A stretch of 64,000 bases of DNA, taken from positions 241-64,240 of the forward strand of contig CAZFRD010000004.1 in the NCBI GenBank assembly GCA_964521215.1. The letters are read 5' to 3'. The stretch comes from an uncultured Pseudomonadales bacterium. GTDB taxonomy: Bacteria > Patescibacteriota > Microgenomatia > UBA1400 > PJMF01. The notes below the pieces were generated by a model, which was given only the letters and a program-made list of their open reading frames with translations, did not search any database and was not told where the DNA came from. Shown piece after piece: positions 48,985 through 59,238 of the stretch (within the stretch, counting starts at the first letter, position 1; each line of letters begins with the position of its first letter). Made by a program: the position numbers and the translations under genes.

Positions 48985-49353
48985 CTATACTTTGATTTCT
49001 TTTTGTTCAACAGGCTGGAGCGAAGGAGAAAATAATCGGTTCTCTTGAAATAGCACCTGAACTTCTTCTGTTGAGTAATAGTAACTGGCATGAATATTTT
49101 TATTATTAATAAAATGCTTATGAATACCAAATACAAAAAATAAAAATGAGAAAACCAAAAATACCCAGCCAGAAATAATCAGATAAGGATGATCGACAAA
49201 TTTAATCACTGTCACACCAGCAATAAAAAAAGTTAACGCTGTGCGTACAGCGGAATAAAACGTTCGTTCGTTAGCTAATGAGGTCCTTTCAATTGCCAAA
49301 GTATCTCGGAGGATGAGATTATTTGCCGTAATAGCTTTATAAGCTGTTTGCAT
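48985..49353 (-). CDS. DUF202 (YidH-like) small membrane protein
   Basis: 'RD.LA.ERT.LANERTF....RT' followed by two TM segments. Confidence 0.8.
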   Translation of the reverse strand: MQTAYKAITANNLILRDTLAIERTSLANERTFYSAVRTALTFFIAGVTVIKFVDHPYLIISGWVFLVFSFLFFVFGIHKHFINNKNIHASYYYSTEEVQVLFQENRLFSPSLQPVEQKEIKV

Positions 49354-50344
49354 AAGTTAGGTGTTTTTTACCTGCATCGGTGACCACTCTCCCCTTGGGT
49401 GTGCGTTTGATAAAGCCGACTTGGAGCAAATATGGCTCGATAACTTCCTCGATGGTACCCGGGTCTTCACTCAAAGCTGCGGCCAAGGTGGTCAACCCCA
49501 CTGGTCCGCCTTGGAATTTGTTAAGAATAGATAGTAATAAATTACGATCGTGTTCGTCCAGACCGAAATCATCGATTTGATACATGCTCAGCGCTTTGTT
49601 GACAGTATCTGGAACGATGGGAGAAATATGGCTGACCTGAGCAAAGTCGCGAACTCGCTTGAGGAGCTTGAGGGCGATGCGCGGAGTACCGCGCGAGCGC
49701 CTGGCGATGGTCAGAGCGGCGGCGGTATCAATAATAGTATCCAATTTGTGCGCCGCCGCCGTAATAATCTTAACCAATTCTTCTGGCAAATAATGACCAA
49801 ACCGATGAACCATACCAAAACGATCCCTAAATGGACCAGTCAATAAACCATATCTTGTAGTAGCTCCAATTAGAGTAAATCTTGGCACATCCAGACGTAA
49901 AGTTCTTGCCGAAGGACCCTTGCCGATCACAATATCTAGCGCAAAATCTTCCATCACGGGGTAGAGAGTCTCTTCTACGACTTTGGGCAGACGATGGATT
50001 TCATCAATAAAAAGTACATCGTTGGGTTCCAAACTAGTCAAAATGGCAGCTAAATCACCTGTTTTTGTCAGCGCGGTACCGCTGGTGAGTTTAATATTCA
50101 CACCCAGTTTTTTAGCCACCAGATGAGCTAGGGTGGTTTTGCCTAACCCCGGTGGACCATAAAGCAACATATGATCGAGTGCTTCTGCTCTTTCATGAGT
50201 GGCTTGGATAGCGATTTGTAGTGCTTGTTTAATACCAGGCTGACCCAAGAATTCATGCCACTCTCCCACTCTCAGCGAAGTAAAAATTTGTTCTTCTTCT
50301 GGCGTTGTATCTCTAGTGTTAAGAGGAGTATTTTTTTGTTTCAT
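49337..50344 (-). CDS. ruvB: Holliday junction branch migration helicase RuvB
   Basis: Walker A 'GPPGLGKTT', 'FIDEIHRL', 'GATTR', 'RGTPRIA', 'EPYL', 'RTPKGR'. Confidence 0.98.
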   Translation of the reverse strand: MKQKNTPLNTRDTTPEEEQIFTSLRVGEWHEFLGQPGIKQALQIAIQATHERAEALDHMLLYGPPGLGKTTLAHLVAKKLGVNIKLTSGTALTKTGDLAAILTSLEPNDVLFIDEIHRLPKVVEETLYPVMEDFALDIVIGKGPSARTLRLDVPRFTLIGATTRYGLLTGPFRDRFGMVHRFGHYLPEELVKIITAAAHKLDTIIDTAAALTIARRSRGTPRIALKLLKRVRDFAQVSHISPIVPDTVNKALSMYQIDDFGLDEHDRNLLLSILNKFQGGPVGLTTLAAALSEDPGTIEEVIEPYLLQVGFIKRTPKGRVVTDAGKKHLTYANSL

Positions 50345-50375
50345 GTATTCTTTGGTTATTGTACACGAATACTAC

Positions 50376-50404
50376 TTGAAATAAACAAACCCATATAATA
50401 TACT
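50376..50404 (+). promoter_or_regulatory. Sigma70 promoter 6 nt before the ATG of the 50411 orphan
   Basis: TTGAAA (50376-81), N17, TATACT (50399-404), N6, ATG. Confidence 0.65.
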
Positions 50405-50410
50405 ATAAAG

Positions 50411-51196
50411 ATGAATAGAGAAAACACAATTAATCACCCCGATGCATTAGTTGCAGCAGATATTTATGGAATGCAAGAGCTAATTTCTTCAATAATTGAC
50501 AATCTAGTTAGCAGATTAATTCCGAAGACATCTATGGAAGTACCATTAGATATTAATTTGCAAGTAAAATTACAGATAGCAACGGGTAATGATCGAACTG
50601 AAATTTCTACTATATCTTATGTTGTTCGTCTCAATGCTGATCGGCAAGAATATAGGATTCTTCCAGATTTTAACCTTCCGCATATTATTGTTAATCACGT
50701 GGCAGGTTCAGCCGATAAAAAATGTCATTTGTACTTGAAACTTATGGATCCAAGCCATACTTTGCAAAATGATGTTGTTACAGCATCTTTTGTTCTTCAG
50801 AAAGCATCGGTTGCTGAAAAATCGGCTGAGATCGCACCCGATCGCATACAGACTTTTTTAGTTCCAGTTGGGTCTGAAGTAGGTTTAGACAATTTGTTTA
50901 CAGTTTTGAACGACCTGAGTGTGGCAGTAGTAAACGTTGCGAATAAGCTTAAAAATGAAGGAAAAGTTGGGTATTCAGAATGGGTTAGGTTTCCAATTTC
51001 AATTTATAGTTTTGGCGATCACGAACTTATTTTATCCACGGCTGTTCGGATAAGGTATATTCCTAATATAAAAAAACCTAATTTAATGTTTGAAAAAACA
51101 GAAGTGCTTATATCTACTCTAATTAAATATCTGAACAACACTATGGGCATTGATGCTTCAGTAAGATCATTACTAGTAAATATTGATGTTGGATAA
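50411..51196 (+). CDS. Hypothetical protein (AT-rich orphan inserted antisense between ruvA and ruvB)
   Basis: 261-aa ORF with its own promoter; no motif recognised. Confidence 0.6.
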   Translation: MNRENTINHPDALVAADIYGMQELISSIIDNLVSRLIPKTSMEVPLDINLQVKLQIATGNDRTEISTISYVVRLNADRQEYRILPDFNLPHIIVNHVAGSADKKCHLYLKLMDPSHTLQNDVVTASFVLQKASVAEKSAEIAPDRIQTFLVPVGSEVGLDNLFTVLNDLSVAVVNVANKLKNEGKVGYSEWVRFPISIYSFGDHELILSTAVRIRYIPNIKKPNLMFEKTEVLISTLIKYLNNTMGIDASVRSLLVNIDVG

Positions 51197-51231
51197 CGTG
51201 TAGGAATTGCATAATCTAAAGCAGGATGAAC

Positions 51232-51807
51232 CTACTTGTTGTTATCTGTCAGATGTCTCATCGCCCGTTTGACCTGTTCTGCAATACTTAATCGGTGGTC
51301 AACTTCCCTCACCACTCGATAGACTTGTTGCTCGTCAAAACCCAAACTGAGCAAGGCAGATACCACATCTTGCTGGCTGGGATCCGTCACCCCACCTAGT
51401 TCTAGTTCCTGCAAACTACCCAATTTACTTTTCAGTTCAATAATAATTTTTTGCGCCAGCTTCTTCCCCACCCTGGGAACCGTCGAAAACTGGCTCACGT
51501 TGGCTTCCTGTACGGCCTGAGTAATTGTTGTTGCTCCCAGATCTGATATAGCTAAAGCTGTGCGAGGGCCGACGCCATTAACTCCAAGTAGTAGTTGAAA
51601 AAGTCGTTTTTCGGCAAAATCAAGAAAACCAAACAATTCCAAAACATCCTCTTTAACATGAGTAAAAATAAACAGCGTGGTAGTTTGGTTGCTAATTAAT
51701 TTTCCAAGAGTCGAGGTCGTTACAGCTACTTGGTAGCCAACACCACCGACGTCGATAATCAGTTCTTGATTTTGCAGGATCACAATACCAGTGAGAAGTC
51801 CAATCAT
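51232..51807 (-). CDS. ruvA: Holliday junction DNA-binding protein RuvA
   Basis: 'GGVGY', 'VKED...LFGF', 'V.GVGP..AL', 'VPRVGKK.A.KII.ELK.K', 'AL.SLGF'. Confidence 0.96.
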   Translation of the reverse strand: MIGLLTGIVILQNQELIIDVGGVGYQVAVTTSTLGKLISNQTTTLFIFTHVKEDVLELFGFLDFAEKRLFQLLLGVNGVGPRTALAISDLGATTITQAVQEANVSQFSTVPRVGKKLAQKIIIELKSKLGSLQELELGGVTDPSQQDVVSALLSLGFDEQQVYRVVREVDHRLSIAEQVKRAMRHLTDNNK

Positions 51808-51812
51808 AGGTT

Positions 51813-52319
51813 TTATAATACACCCAAATTTAACCCGTGAGTGAGCGCGATGGCGATGGCGTCCAGTTCGTCGTCAACTAACGGAGTGTTAATACCAAGC
51901 TCCAGTTGCAGTTGTTTAGCCATGGCTAGTTTGTCCGCCTTACCGTAACCAGTAATGGCCAGTTTAACCGATTGAGGATGATACTCAAACACTGCCACCT
52001 GATGGTTAAGCAATTGTCCAATAATTACGCCTCTGACCTCAGACACTCTGAGCGCAGTTTTCTTATTGGTAGAAAAAAAAAGTTCTTCGACCGCTGCTTG
52101 GCTGGGTTGATATTGCTTGAGAATTTTGGTTAAAGCACTAATAATTTGCTGATAACGATCCATGATTGGGGTCTTGGCTGAGGTTTGGATTAGGCCATGA
52201 TCAATCAAATGCAATTTTCTACCAATTACCTCGCCAACCGCCCAGCCCAGTCGGTCAAATCCTGGATCGATACCAATGATGGTTTTATTTTGCAGAAACG
52301 GCTCCAGATTTTTTTGCAA
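51813..52319 (-). CDS. ruvC: Crossover junction endodeoxyribonuclease RuvC
   Basis: 'IGIDPG', 'EELFF..N', 'E.RGV', 'VK....GYG.ADK', 'DD..DAIAIA'. Start codon uncertain. Confidence 0.94.
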   Translation of the reverse strand: MQKNLEPFLQNKTIIGIDPGFDRLGWAVGEVIGRKLHLIDHGLIQTSAKTPIMDRYQQIISALTKILKQYQPSQAAVEELFFSTNKKTALRVSEVRGVIIGQLLNHQVAVFEYHPQSVKLAITGYGKADKLAMAKQLQLELGINTPLVDDELDAIAIALTHGLNLGVL

Positions 52320-53481
52320 CTTTTTGTAATGTTTCTAAGACGATTTGGGCGGAAGCCTCCCAACTAAAAAATGCCAACTGTTCTCTGGCATATCTTCTAT
52401 AAGTGGCTCGTTGTTTGGCGGTGTGAGTGAGAGCTTGCCACATGGCTGTGCAAATCGCATCGGGAGAATTTGGTGTGATCACCAGCCCGGCTTGGCCAAC
52501 TACTTCTGGTAAGCTTGAGTTATTTGTCACGATTGGTAATGAACCATATTGCATCGCTTCCAATGGGGGTAAGCCGAAACCTTCGGCTTCGCTGACTAAG
52601 AGAGTGGCTGTCGCTTGACTATAAAGTGCAACTTGCAGTGATTGAGAACAATAACCAACTCTTTTGATGAGAGCGTGTACAGATGAGCGACGAATCGCCT
52701 CCAGACTGGTGTGGGCCATCCAGCCTGTTTTTCCAGCCAAAACCAGTTGGGGAATTTGGGTGGGACTAATGCCTTTGGGCACACGCTCGGTTTGGAATTT
52801 GGTAACAAATCTAGCGAATCCCTCAACTATTAAGGGAATATTTTTCCGTGGTTGGATAGTACCCACAAACAAAAAATAAGGAGTTTGAACTTGTTTGCCT
52901 TCCAGTAATTCTTGTTGCTCGCTGGGTTTGACGGCAATTTTTTTTGGTGGACCAGGATAGGCAACGATAATATCGGAGTTACGAATGCCATAGTATCGAT
53001 GAATCGAGTTTTTTGTTGCCTGACTAATAGCAATCACTCGATTGGCTTTTTTGGCGCTGCGCTCAGTCCAGTGTTGGAGTTGAAAATGGTCACGCCACCG
53101 AAAAGTGTGAGGGTGAGACAAAAAAGCCAAATCCATGATGGACGATACATAAGGTATCGGACAAATACTGGGCGCGTAGTGACCGGGAGTAAAAAAAACT
53201 GCATAAAATTTCCGACGTGAATAAAGGTACTTGGGCAAAGCCCACTGCGTCCAAAAACGTTTTGGTCCAAACGTTTGATACTGCCAGCCGTCGCGTGGGA
53301 GTGGTAAATCTGGCTGGGGAACTGAGTGTAAGAGTATTTCAAACTGGTATTGAGCCGAATGGCCACGAGTAATTTTTTCTAGCGCAGTAAGCATTTCATA
53401 GGCGTAGACATTACTGCCCACTCGCTGAGCGATATTGGCCTCATTACCATCAATGGCGATGATTAGTGGCGTTGGTTTCAT
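52285..53481 (-). CDS. Glycosyltransferase family 4
   Basis: 'DGNEAN...RVGS', 'GTIQPRKN', 'EGFGLPPLEAM', 'FSW'. Start at ATGA overlap. Confidence 0.9.
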   Translation of the reverse strand: MKPTPLIIAIDGNEANIAQRVGSNVYAYEMLTALEKITRGHSAQYQFEILLHSVPQPDLPLPRDGWQYQTFGPKRFWTQWALPKYLYSRRKFYAVFFTPGHYAPSICPIPYVSSIMDLAFLSHPHTFRWRDHFQLQHWTERSAKKANRVIAISQATKNSIHRYYGIRNSDIIVAYPGPPKKIAVKPSEQQELLEGKQVQTPYFLFVGTIQPRKNIPLIVEGFARFVTKFQTERVPKGISPTQIPQLVLAGKTGWMAHTSLEAIRRSSVHALIKRVGYCSQSLQVALYSQATATLLVSEAEGFGLPPLEAMQYGSLPIVTNNSSLPEVVGQAGLVITPNSPDAICTAMWQALTHTAKQRATYRRYAREQLAFFSWEASAQIVLETLQKVAKKSGAVSAK

Positions 53482-54605
53482 GATTGCCAACCCTCCCGTG
53501 TTTTCTGATAAACAGCCAGAGTTTTTTGAGCCGTTGCTTCCCAGCGAAAAACTTGCAACCGCAAGATCATGCGTTGGTCTCGTATTTTTTCTGCGCTCCG
53601 ATCTTCATTCAAAATTACTTTAACGCCCTCACGAATACTTTCCCACTCCAAAGGATCTACCAGTTCTGCAGCGTTGCCAGCGACTTCTGCCATGCCTGAG
53701 TTATTACTAGTAACTACTGGGGTGCCGTGGTGAAAGGCTTCCAAAATGGGCAAACCAAAACCTTCGTACAGCGATGGGTAGAGGAAAAGCCGAGCTTGGT
53801 CATAAAGCGCTGCCAACTCAAGGTCGTTCACCGAACCAAGGAAAATTGGCTCGGCTGGAAAGTGGTTGGATGCGTGATTATCCCAGCCACTAGCGCCGAC
53901 GATAACCAAATCAAAATCCTTGGCAAATGCTTGCCAAGCCTGAATAATTCGAGTTAAATTTTTTCTTGGTTCTTGTGTGCCCACAAATAAAAAAAACGGT
54001 TTAGTGAGATCATATTTATTGGCAATGGCTGATTGTTTTTCTTCTGTCAGCTCCTGGCTGATTTTGACTACATCTTGGGGCAATGCCTCATATACCAAAT
54101 GAACCCGCTCGGGTTCTATAGCTAACAATTCAATAATGTCCCGACGAGTCGTTTGACTAACGGCAATGACGTGAGTTTGTGAACGCTTAATTCGATCCCA
54201 AGCAATTTGGTGAGCGTGCAACACGGCTGGATGAGCAATGCTGGGTATACGGAGCATGGCTAAGTCGTGAATAGTTGTCACCATGGGCAAATTTTTGTCT
54301 GGAGGCAGGTGCCAGTCCCAAGCATGGAAAACATCAATCGCTGGTAATTTGGCTGAAAGTGAGTTAAAACCAGATTGCCAAAGTTTAGAAAGCAAGGAAA
54401 TTGGATAAGACTGCAAAACGTGCGTCTCTTTTCGCAGATGTAACTGTTTAATCTGGCGAAGGAGTTCATTTTTTCGGCGCAAAGAACTACCGTATAAGGT
54501 GAACTGCATTTGGGGCAAAGTGTTCAATGCCAACAATAGATTGCGGGTGTAGCGAGAAACGCCTCGATTGTAGAGCAAGCTAGTGATATCAATTCCCAAG
54601 TTCAT
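53478..54605 (-). CDS. Glycosyltransferase family 4
   Basis: 'GVSRY', 'TIHDL', 'GTQEPRKN', 'PSLYEGFGLPILEA'. Confidence 0.9.
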   Translation of the reverse strand: MNLGIDITSLLYNRGVSRYTRNLLLALNTLPQMQFTLYGSSLRRKNELLRQIKQLHLRKETHVLQSYPISLLSKLWQSGFNSLSAKLPAIDVFHAWDWHLPPDKNLPMVTTIHDLAMLRIPSIAHPAVLHAHQIAWDRIKRSQTHVIAVSQTTRRDIIELLAIEPERVHLVYEALPQDVVKISQELTEEKQSAIANKYDLTKPFFLFVGTQEPRKNLTRIIQAWQAFAKDFDLVIVGASGWDNHASNHFPAEPIFLGSVNDLELAALYDQARLFLYPSLYEGFGLPILEAFHHGTPVVTSNNSGMAEVAGNAAELVDPLEWESIREGVKVILNEDRSAEKIRDQRMILRLQVFRWEATAQKTLAVYQKTREGWQS

Positions 54606-56118
54606 AAGTCGGTGTGGATTGGTAAATACGGACGAAACCAATGCCAGGATAGTCTAGCAAATCCTGAAGCTGATAGCCAGATTTTTCGATCGCTGTTCTT
54701 AAATAGTGGTTGGGATCGGTGAGATCGGTTAAATATTCAAAATAAATTAGTTTGTCAACCAGCCCTGTTTTACTTAACTGGGAAATTATTTGCTCGGCCT
54801 GAGAGATTGATGTCAGGGAAAGTTGGCCGGTTGAATAATCTCCCGATAATGCAGAAAGGTTAAACATTGATCGGTACCAGACAATTGGTGCAAAGGGAGC
54901 AGAAAAACTGCTCAAGGTGTTTGCCTGAAAATGCGTGGCAGAAAGTTGCCGAATAACTTCACGCCAATTCTCTCTTTGTAACTGGGGATTGCGGTAGTAT
55001 TGATAAACAGAAAATAGGTTGATAGCAATTAGTAGCGCCATTAGCGCACAACCAGCTCGGCGAAACCAAAGACTCAGTGTTTGAGCCGACGAAAATAACC
55101 AAACCATCAGCAAATAAAAAGCTGGCAGTAGAAATATGACTCGTTTTGGTTGAATGACTGGCACGAAAAAAGAAATGAGCCATGCAGTTAAAAGCGGGAT
55201 TAAAAACCAAATTAAAAGCAACCGAAGAGAAAGTTTTTGTTTGCTGGACATCGATTTTGCTTGCCACTGCTTGAGTAATCCAATAGCCACGAATCCAGTT
55301 ATTAAACAAATTAAAGCGAAGCTACTCAGATAGTATTGGTTGACCGAAAGATCGAGCACTCCGAAGATGAATTTTCCAAGAACTAAAGGCAATACTTTTA
55401 GTTGACTAGTGCTCACGGCAGATTCCCAGTTGGGCAGTTGTAATCGTAAAAGTTGGCCGGCTTGCAGTTGTTGAAAAAATGCTGGCAACCAGGGAGCGAA
55501 ACCTATTACTATCGCCAGTAAGCCGGCTAGCCAACCCCGATAATTTTGAGTGTTGCTAGCTTTCACTGCTAAAAAAATCAGTTGAGAAATCAGTAAAAAG
55601 GGATACAAATATGAACTGTATAGCCCGAGGAGCGAAAGCAAGCTCCAGCCAACAATAATTTTCTTTGAGTCTTGTTTTTGAGCGACCAACCACCAGCTCC
55701 AAACAGCGAAACATAAGGGTAAAGCGTAGGGTCGCAGTTCTTGAGAATAGAACAAATGGAAAGAGTTGGTCGCTAAGAGTATGCCGACTAATAAGCTCCC
55801 CGCAAGTGCTTGGTTTTTCGGTAAGAGTTGACGAGCAAGTAAAATTGATCCCCAGATCGAAAGTAAGCCTGGTATTAATGCGCCAACTGATCTGAGCCAC
55901 CACTCCTGCTGATTGATGGCGAGAGCAAAGTGAACAATTAAATGCAAAAGAGGCGGTTGAAAATCGGCTCGGAGATCTAGCTGTTGGCTCAATGGCCGAG
56001 CGCTTTCCAGAGCTTGTGCGGCTTCGTCAAGCCAAAATGAGCCACCTAGCAGGGGCAATCTTAGTAACAAAGCTAGTAGCAGGACTAGTGCCACTAACCC
56101 TGCCCAGTATTTTTCCAT
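54589..56118 (-). CDS. GT-C fold membrane glycosyltransferase (PMT/ArnT-like)
   Basis: TM + 'LR', 'SFWLDEA' acidic pair, 'PPL', 'YSQELRPY', many TM segments. Confidence 0.78.
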   Translation of the reverse strand: MEKYWAGLVALVLLLALLLRLPLLGGSFWLDEAAQALESARPLSQQLDLRADFQPPLLHLIVHFALAINQQEWWLRSVGALIPGLLSIWGSILLARQLLPKNQALAGSLLVGILLATNSFHLFYSQELRPYALPLCFAVWSWWLVAQKQDSKKIIVGWSLLSLLGLYSSYLYPFLLISQLIFLAVKASNTQNYRGWLAGLLAIVIGFAPWLPAFFQQLQAGQLLRLQLPNWESAVSTSQLKVLPLVLGKFIFGVLDLSVNQYYLSSFALICLITGFVAIGLLKQWQAKSMSSKQKLSLRLLLIWFLIPLLTAWLISFFVPVIQPKRVIFLLPAFYLLMVWLFSSAQTLSLWFRRAGCALMALLIAINLFSVYQYYRNPQLQRENWREVIRQLSATHFQANTLSSFSAPFAPIVWYRSMFNLSALSGDYSTGQLSLTSISQAEQIISQLSKTGLVDKLIYFEYLTDLTDPNHYLRTAIEKSGYQLQDLLDYPGIGFVRIYQSTPTYELGN

Positions 56119-56156
56119 ATGAGTATTATGGCATCTTTTGCTACAATCAGTGATTG

Positions 56157-57137
56157 ATGTTTGATTTTAAGCAAAAAAATGTGTTAGTAACCGGAGCAGC
56201 GGGTTTTGTCGGCTCGCATTTGGTGGATGCTTTGCTGGCACAGGGTGCAAGAGTGATCGGCGTTGATAATTATTTAACTGGCAACAAGGTCAATTTGGCA
56301 ACTGCGCTCACATCTAGCAATTTTACCCTGATCCAAGCCGATGTGATTGCTCCCCCCCAAATGTATTTGAGCGATGATTTTGTGCCAGACGTGGTTTTTC
56401 ATTTGGCTTCGCCAGCTAGTCCCCCGCTTTACCAAAAAAATCCAGTCGAAACCTATTTAGTGAATACCATGGGTACCCACCAGCTGCTTAGTTGGTTACT
56501 TGAGCAGTCAGCCGAGCAACCATCCGCGACTCGCTTTGTTTTTTCTAGCACCAGCGAAGTCTATGGTGATCCCCTAGAGCATCCGCAGAAAGAGAGCTAT
56601 TGGGGTAACGTGAATCCCAACGGTGCTCGATCATGTTATGACGAGAGCAAGCGCATGGGTGAAACTATCTGTGGCGTTTTTCACCGAGATTTCGGTTTGG
56701 ATGTACGGATTACTAGAATCTTCAACACTTATGGTCCACGCATGAGTCCCACCGATGGTCGGATTATTCCCAACTTGGTAAGCCAGGCTCGGGCTGGCGA
56801 GCCGTACACGATTTATGGGGATGGGTCGCAGTCACGTTCCTACTGTTTCGTGAGTGATTTGGTTGAAGGTTTGCTCCAGCTCGCTATGGTGGACGAAGCC
56901 AATGGCGCAACGGTTAATCTTGGTAACCCAGAGGAAATGACGATTGTAGAAACTGCCAAGCAAGTTCATGCCAAATTTGCGGTCAATCAAGACCAATTTG
57001 TGATTGTGAATAAGCCACTACCTGCCGATGATCCAGTTCGCAGATGTCCAGATATTACTTTGGCAAAAACTTTACTTGGTTGGCAACCTCAAACGGCTTT
57101 TGCTCAAGGGTTGGTAAAGCTATTTGACCAAAAATAG
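56157..57137 (+). CDS. UDP-glucuronate decarboxylase (UDP-xylose synthase)-like SDR
   Basis: 'GAAGFVGSH', 'HLASPASP', 'STSEVYGDP', 'YWGNVNP.G.RSCYDESKR', 'RIFNTYGP', 'DDP.RRCPDI'. Confidence 0.88.
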   Translation: MFDFKQKNVLVTGAAGFVGSHLVDALLAQGARVIGVDNYLTGNKVNLATALTSSNFTLIQADVIAPPQMYLSDDFVPDVVFHLASPASPPLYQKNPVETYLVNTMGTHQLLSWLLEQSAEQPSATRFVFSSTSEVYGDPLEHPQKESYWGNVNPNGARSCYDESKRMGETICGVFHRDFGLDVRITRIFNTYGPRMSPTDGRIIPNLVSQARAGEPYTIYGDGSQSRSYCFVSDLVEGLLQLAMVDEANGATVNLGNPEEMTIVETAKQVHAKFAVNQDQFVIVNKPLPADDPVRRCPDITLAKTLLGWQPQTAFAQGLVKLFDQK

Positions 57138-57198
57138 TTTTAAAAAAATAATGATAGTACTATTTTGATCTCTTTTCTGTTACGATAACCAATTCGGT

Positions 57199-58182
57199 AT
57201 GCTTAAAAAGAAGAAAACAGCGACGGTGAGTGTAATAATTCCAACTTTATTGGCGCAGCCAGCATGGCTGCGCCGGACTTTGACTTCTTTAGCCAAACAA
57301 GATTATTCAGGAATATTTTCTGTGTTTGTAGTGGTCAATGCTGGCCAAGCGGTGCTTGATGCTTTTCTGCCGACACTTAAACTGCCACAATCAAATATTA
57401 AACTCGTGTGGTTGGTACAAGGAAAAAATACTGGTTTTACTCATGCGGTGAATCGAGGTATTTTGGCTTCAAAAAGCAAATTGGTGGCGTTGGTGAATGA
57501 CGATGTATGGTTGACGGCCAGCTGGCTGACGGAAATTATTGGCACTTGGCAGCAGACTGGGGCCGATATGATTGCCAGCACGATTTTTACGCCCAAAAAA
57601 CACCCGTTCTCCTGGCCAATGAAAAAAACGCAGTGGCAGTTGGACTCTTGCGGTTTTGATTTTGCTTGGCGCGGTAAAGCCTGGCCATTAACCCCCAATC
57701 AAAAAAATGAGCTCTCCTCGCCTCTTAGTCCCTGTTGGGATAACTGGCTGCAGCATGTGGATTTATTGGGGAAGACAGCTTTTGCGGATACACTTCAGCC
57801 TTTTGGTGCTGATGGGGCTGCAGCCCTTTACACCCGCAAGCTTTTTAACCAAGCTGGTTTGTTTAAACAGTCATTTTTCGCCTACTTGGAAGATGTGGAA
57901 CTTGCCTTACGTGCTAGGCGAGCTGGCTTCGTCTGCCGTTGGTCGCCAAAGGCATTGGCCTACCATGGCAAACATGCTACGTCGACTCAAATGGGCAATT
58001 TCAAGGCAAAACAAGATGTCAAGAACTGGTGGCGCATGCTTCTATCGTTTCCCTTTGATGCCTGGTGGCGATTTGGCGTCAGTATTTTGCTCGAAAGACT
58101 GAGAAATGTCTCGGGGTTGATAAAAAGTGGTAAACTAAACTCATATGAACGACCAACAAATTCCACCAGCACAAAATACTGA
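57199..58182 (+). CDS. Glycosyltransferase family 2
   Basis: 'VSVIIP', 'NTGFTHAVN', 'VNDD', 'FFAYLEDVEL..R'. Confidence 0.85.
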   Translation: MLKKKKTATVSVIIPTLLAQPAWLRRTLTSLAKQDYSGIFSVFVVVNAGQAVLDAFLPTLKLPQSNIKLVWLVQGKNTGFTHAVNRGILASKSKLVALVNDDVWLTASWLTEIIGTWQQTGADMIASTIFTPKKHPFSWPMKKTQWQLDSCGFDFAWRGKAWPLTPNQKNELSSPLSPCWDNWLQHVDLLGKTAFADTLQPFGADGAAALYTRKLFNQAGLFKQSFFAYLEDVELALRARRAGFVCRWSPKALAYHGKHATSTQMGNFKAKQDVKNWWRMLLSFPFDAWWRFGVSILLERLRNVSGLIKSGKLNSYERPTNSTSTKY

Positions 58183-59215
58183 ATCGGGATTCGAAACAAA
58201 AGTAGAAACTCCAAGAGATTTTGGTGAAGCTTCCCCCATCGTGGAGGAACCCCTTACAAACGCAGAAATTGCAGTAGATAATCAGGATAAAGCTGAAGTT
58301 TTATTTAATGCTGCAGAAAAAAATATTCAACTGATGGTTGAATTAAAGGTCGTGACTCAAGAAACTGCAGAAAATTTCGCAATAAATGGGCTACCCACAA
58401 TCCGCGAACTCCAAACTAGATATAAAGATGTTAAGCAAGAGATAAAAGACCAGCAGGATAGTCAAGTAGATATGACAAACCAGCTTCGAAGTTTGGCAGA
58501 ATGGGCAATCTCTTTGCAATATACGGTAGCCGCATTAATACAAAAAGAATTTAAACCTTTTATGTATAAAACCATTCTTGATATTTCTAGATCACTCAAA
58601 GACCTAAGTGATACAAATTCTAGCAATAATCTCAATCGACTAAAAGAAACGTTCTCTGGGTTAGGTCGTATGGCATCAGTAGTTGAAGAACTTCATGCTA
58701 CGGCAGAACATCATATACGAGAACTCGTAGATCGAGATAAAACCAATCATCTAAGAACAATCTGTGATGGGTATAATGATGAGCTAATTAAATATTTAGG
58801 AAGATCCAACCAATATTTGGCTCAATCAGATCAGAGTAGTCGGGAATTATCACGGTTCATTGAAAATGAGCTTGTGCCAATTATCTCACTGGATCGCATC
58901 CATGCGATTCAATCAAAAATAGAAGAAAGATATCTCGCTAACAAAGCGAAGTTGCAGGACCCGTCTATGACTTCTGCTGGGGCGCCTCAGTGGGAATCGA
59001 CAAAAACTGATACTACCGGTGTTGCCGCTAACCCGTTTTGGAGTAGTGATCAAACGATTGCTGGGGGTTGGCAAAAATCTGACAGTACCCAACCTGGCAG
59101 CATGCTAACTTATGAACCCCAGGTAGGTGAACCTAGTCAAGTTGGTGCTCCAGATGATGAGTTTGATAAATTAGTTGCGGTAGCTCAAGCCAAAAATCCA
59201 ACCTCAACGTCTTAA
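58145..59215 (+). CDS. Hypothetical helical/coiled-coil protein (orphan)
   Basis: 356-aa ORF with acidic, low-complexity termini and a helical core; ATG 8 nt after TGGTAAACT. Confidence 0.6.
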   Translation: MNDQQIPPAQNTESGFETKVETPRDFGEASPIVEEPLTNAEIAVDNQDKAEVLFNAAEKNIQLMVELKVVTQETAENFAINGLPTIRELQTRYKDVKQEIKDQQDSQVDMTNQLRSLAEWAISLQYTVAALIQKEFKPFMYKTILDISRSLKDLSDTNSSNNLNRLKETFSGLGRMASVVEELHATAEHHIRELVDRDKTNHLRTICDGYNDELIKYLGRSNQYLAQSDQSSRELSRFIENELVPIISLDRIHAIQSKIEERYLANKAKLQDPSMTSAGAPQWESTKTDTTGVAANPFWSSDQTIAGGWQKSDSTQPGSMLTYEPQVGEPSQVGAPDDEFDKLVAVAQAKNPTSTS

Positions 59216-59238
59216 CCGTTTGCAGTACAATTGAAGCA

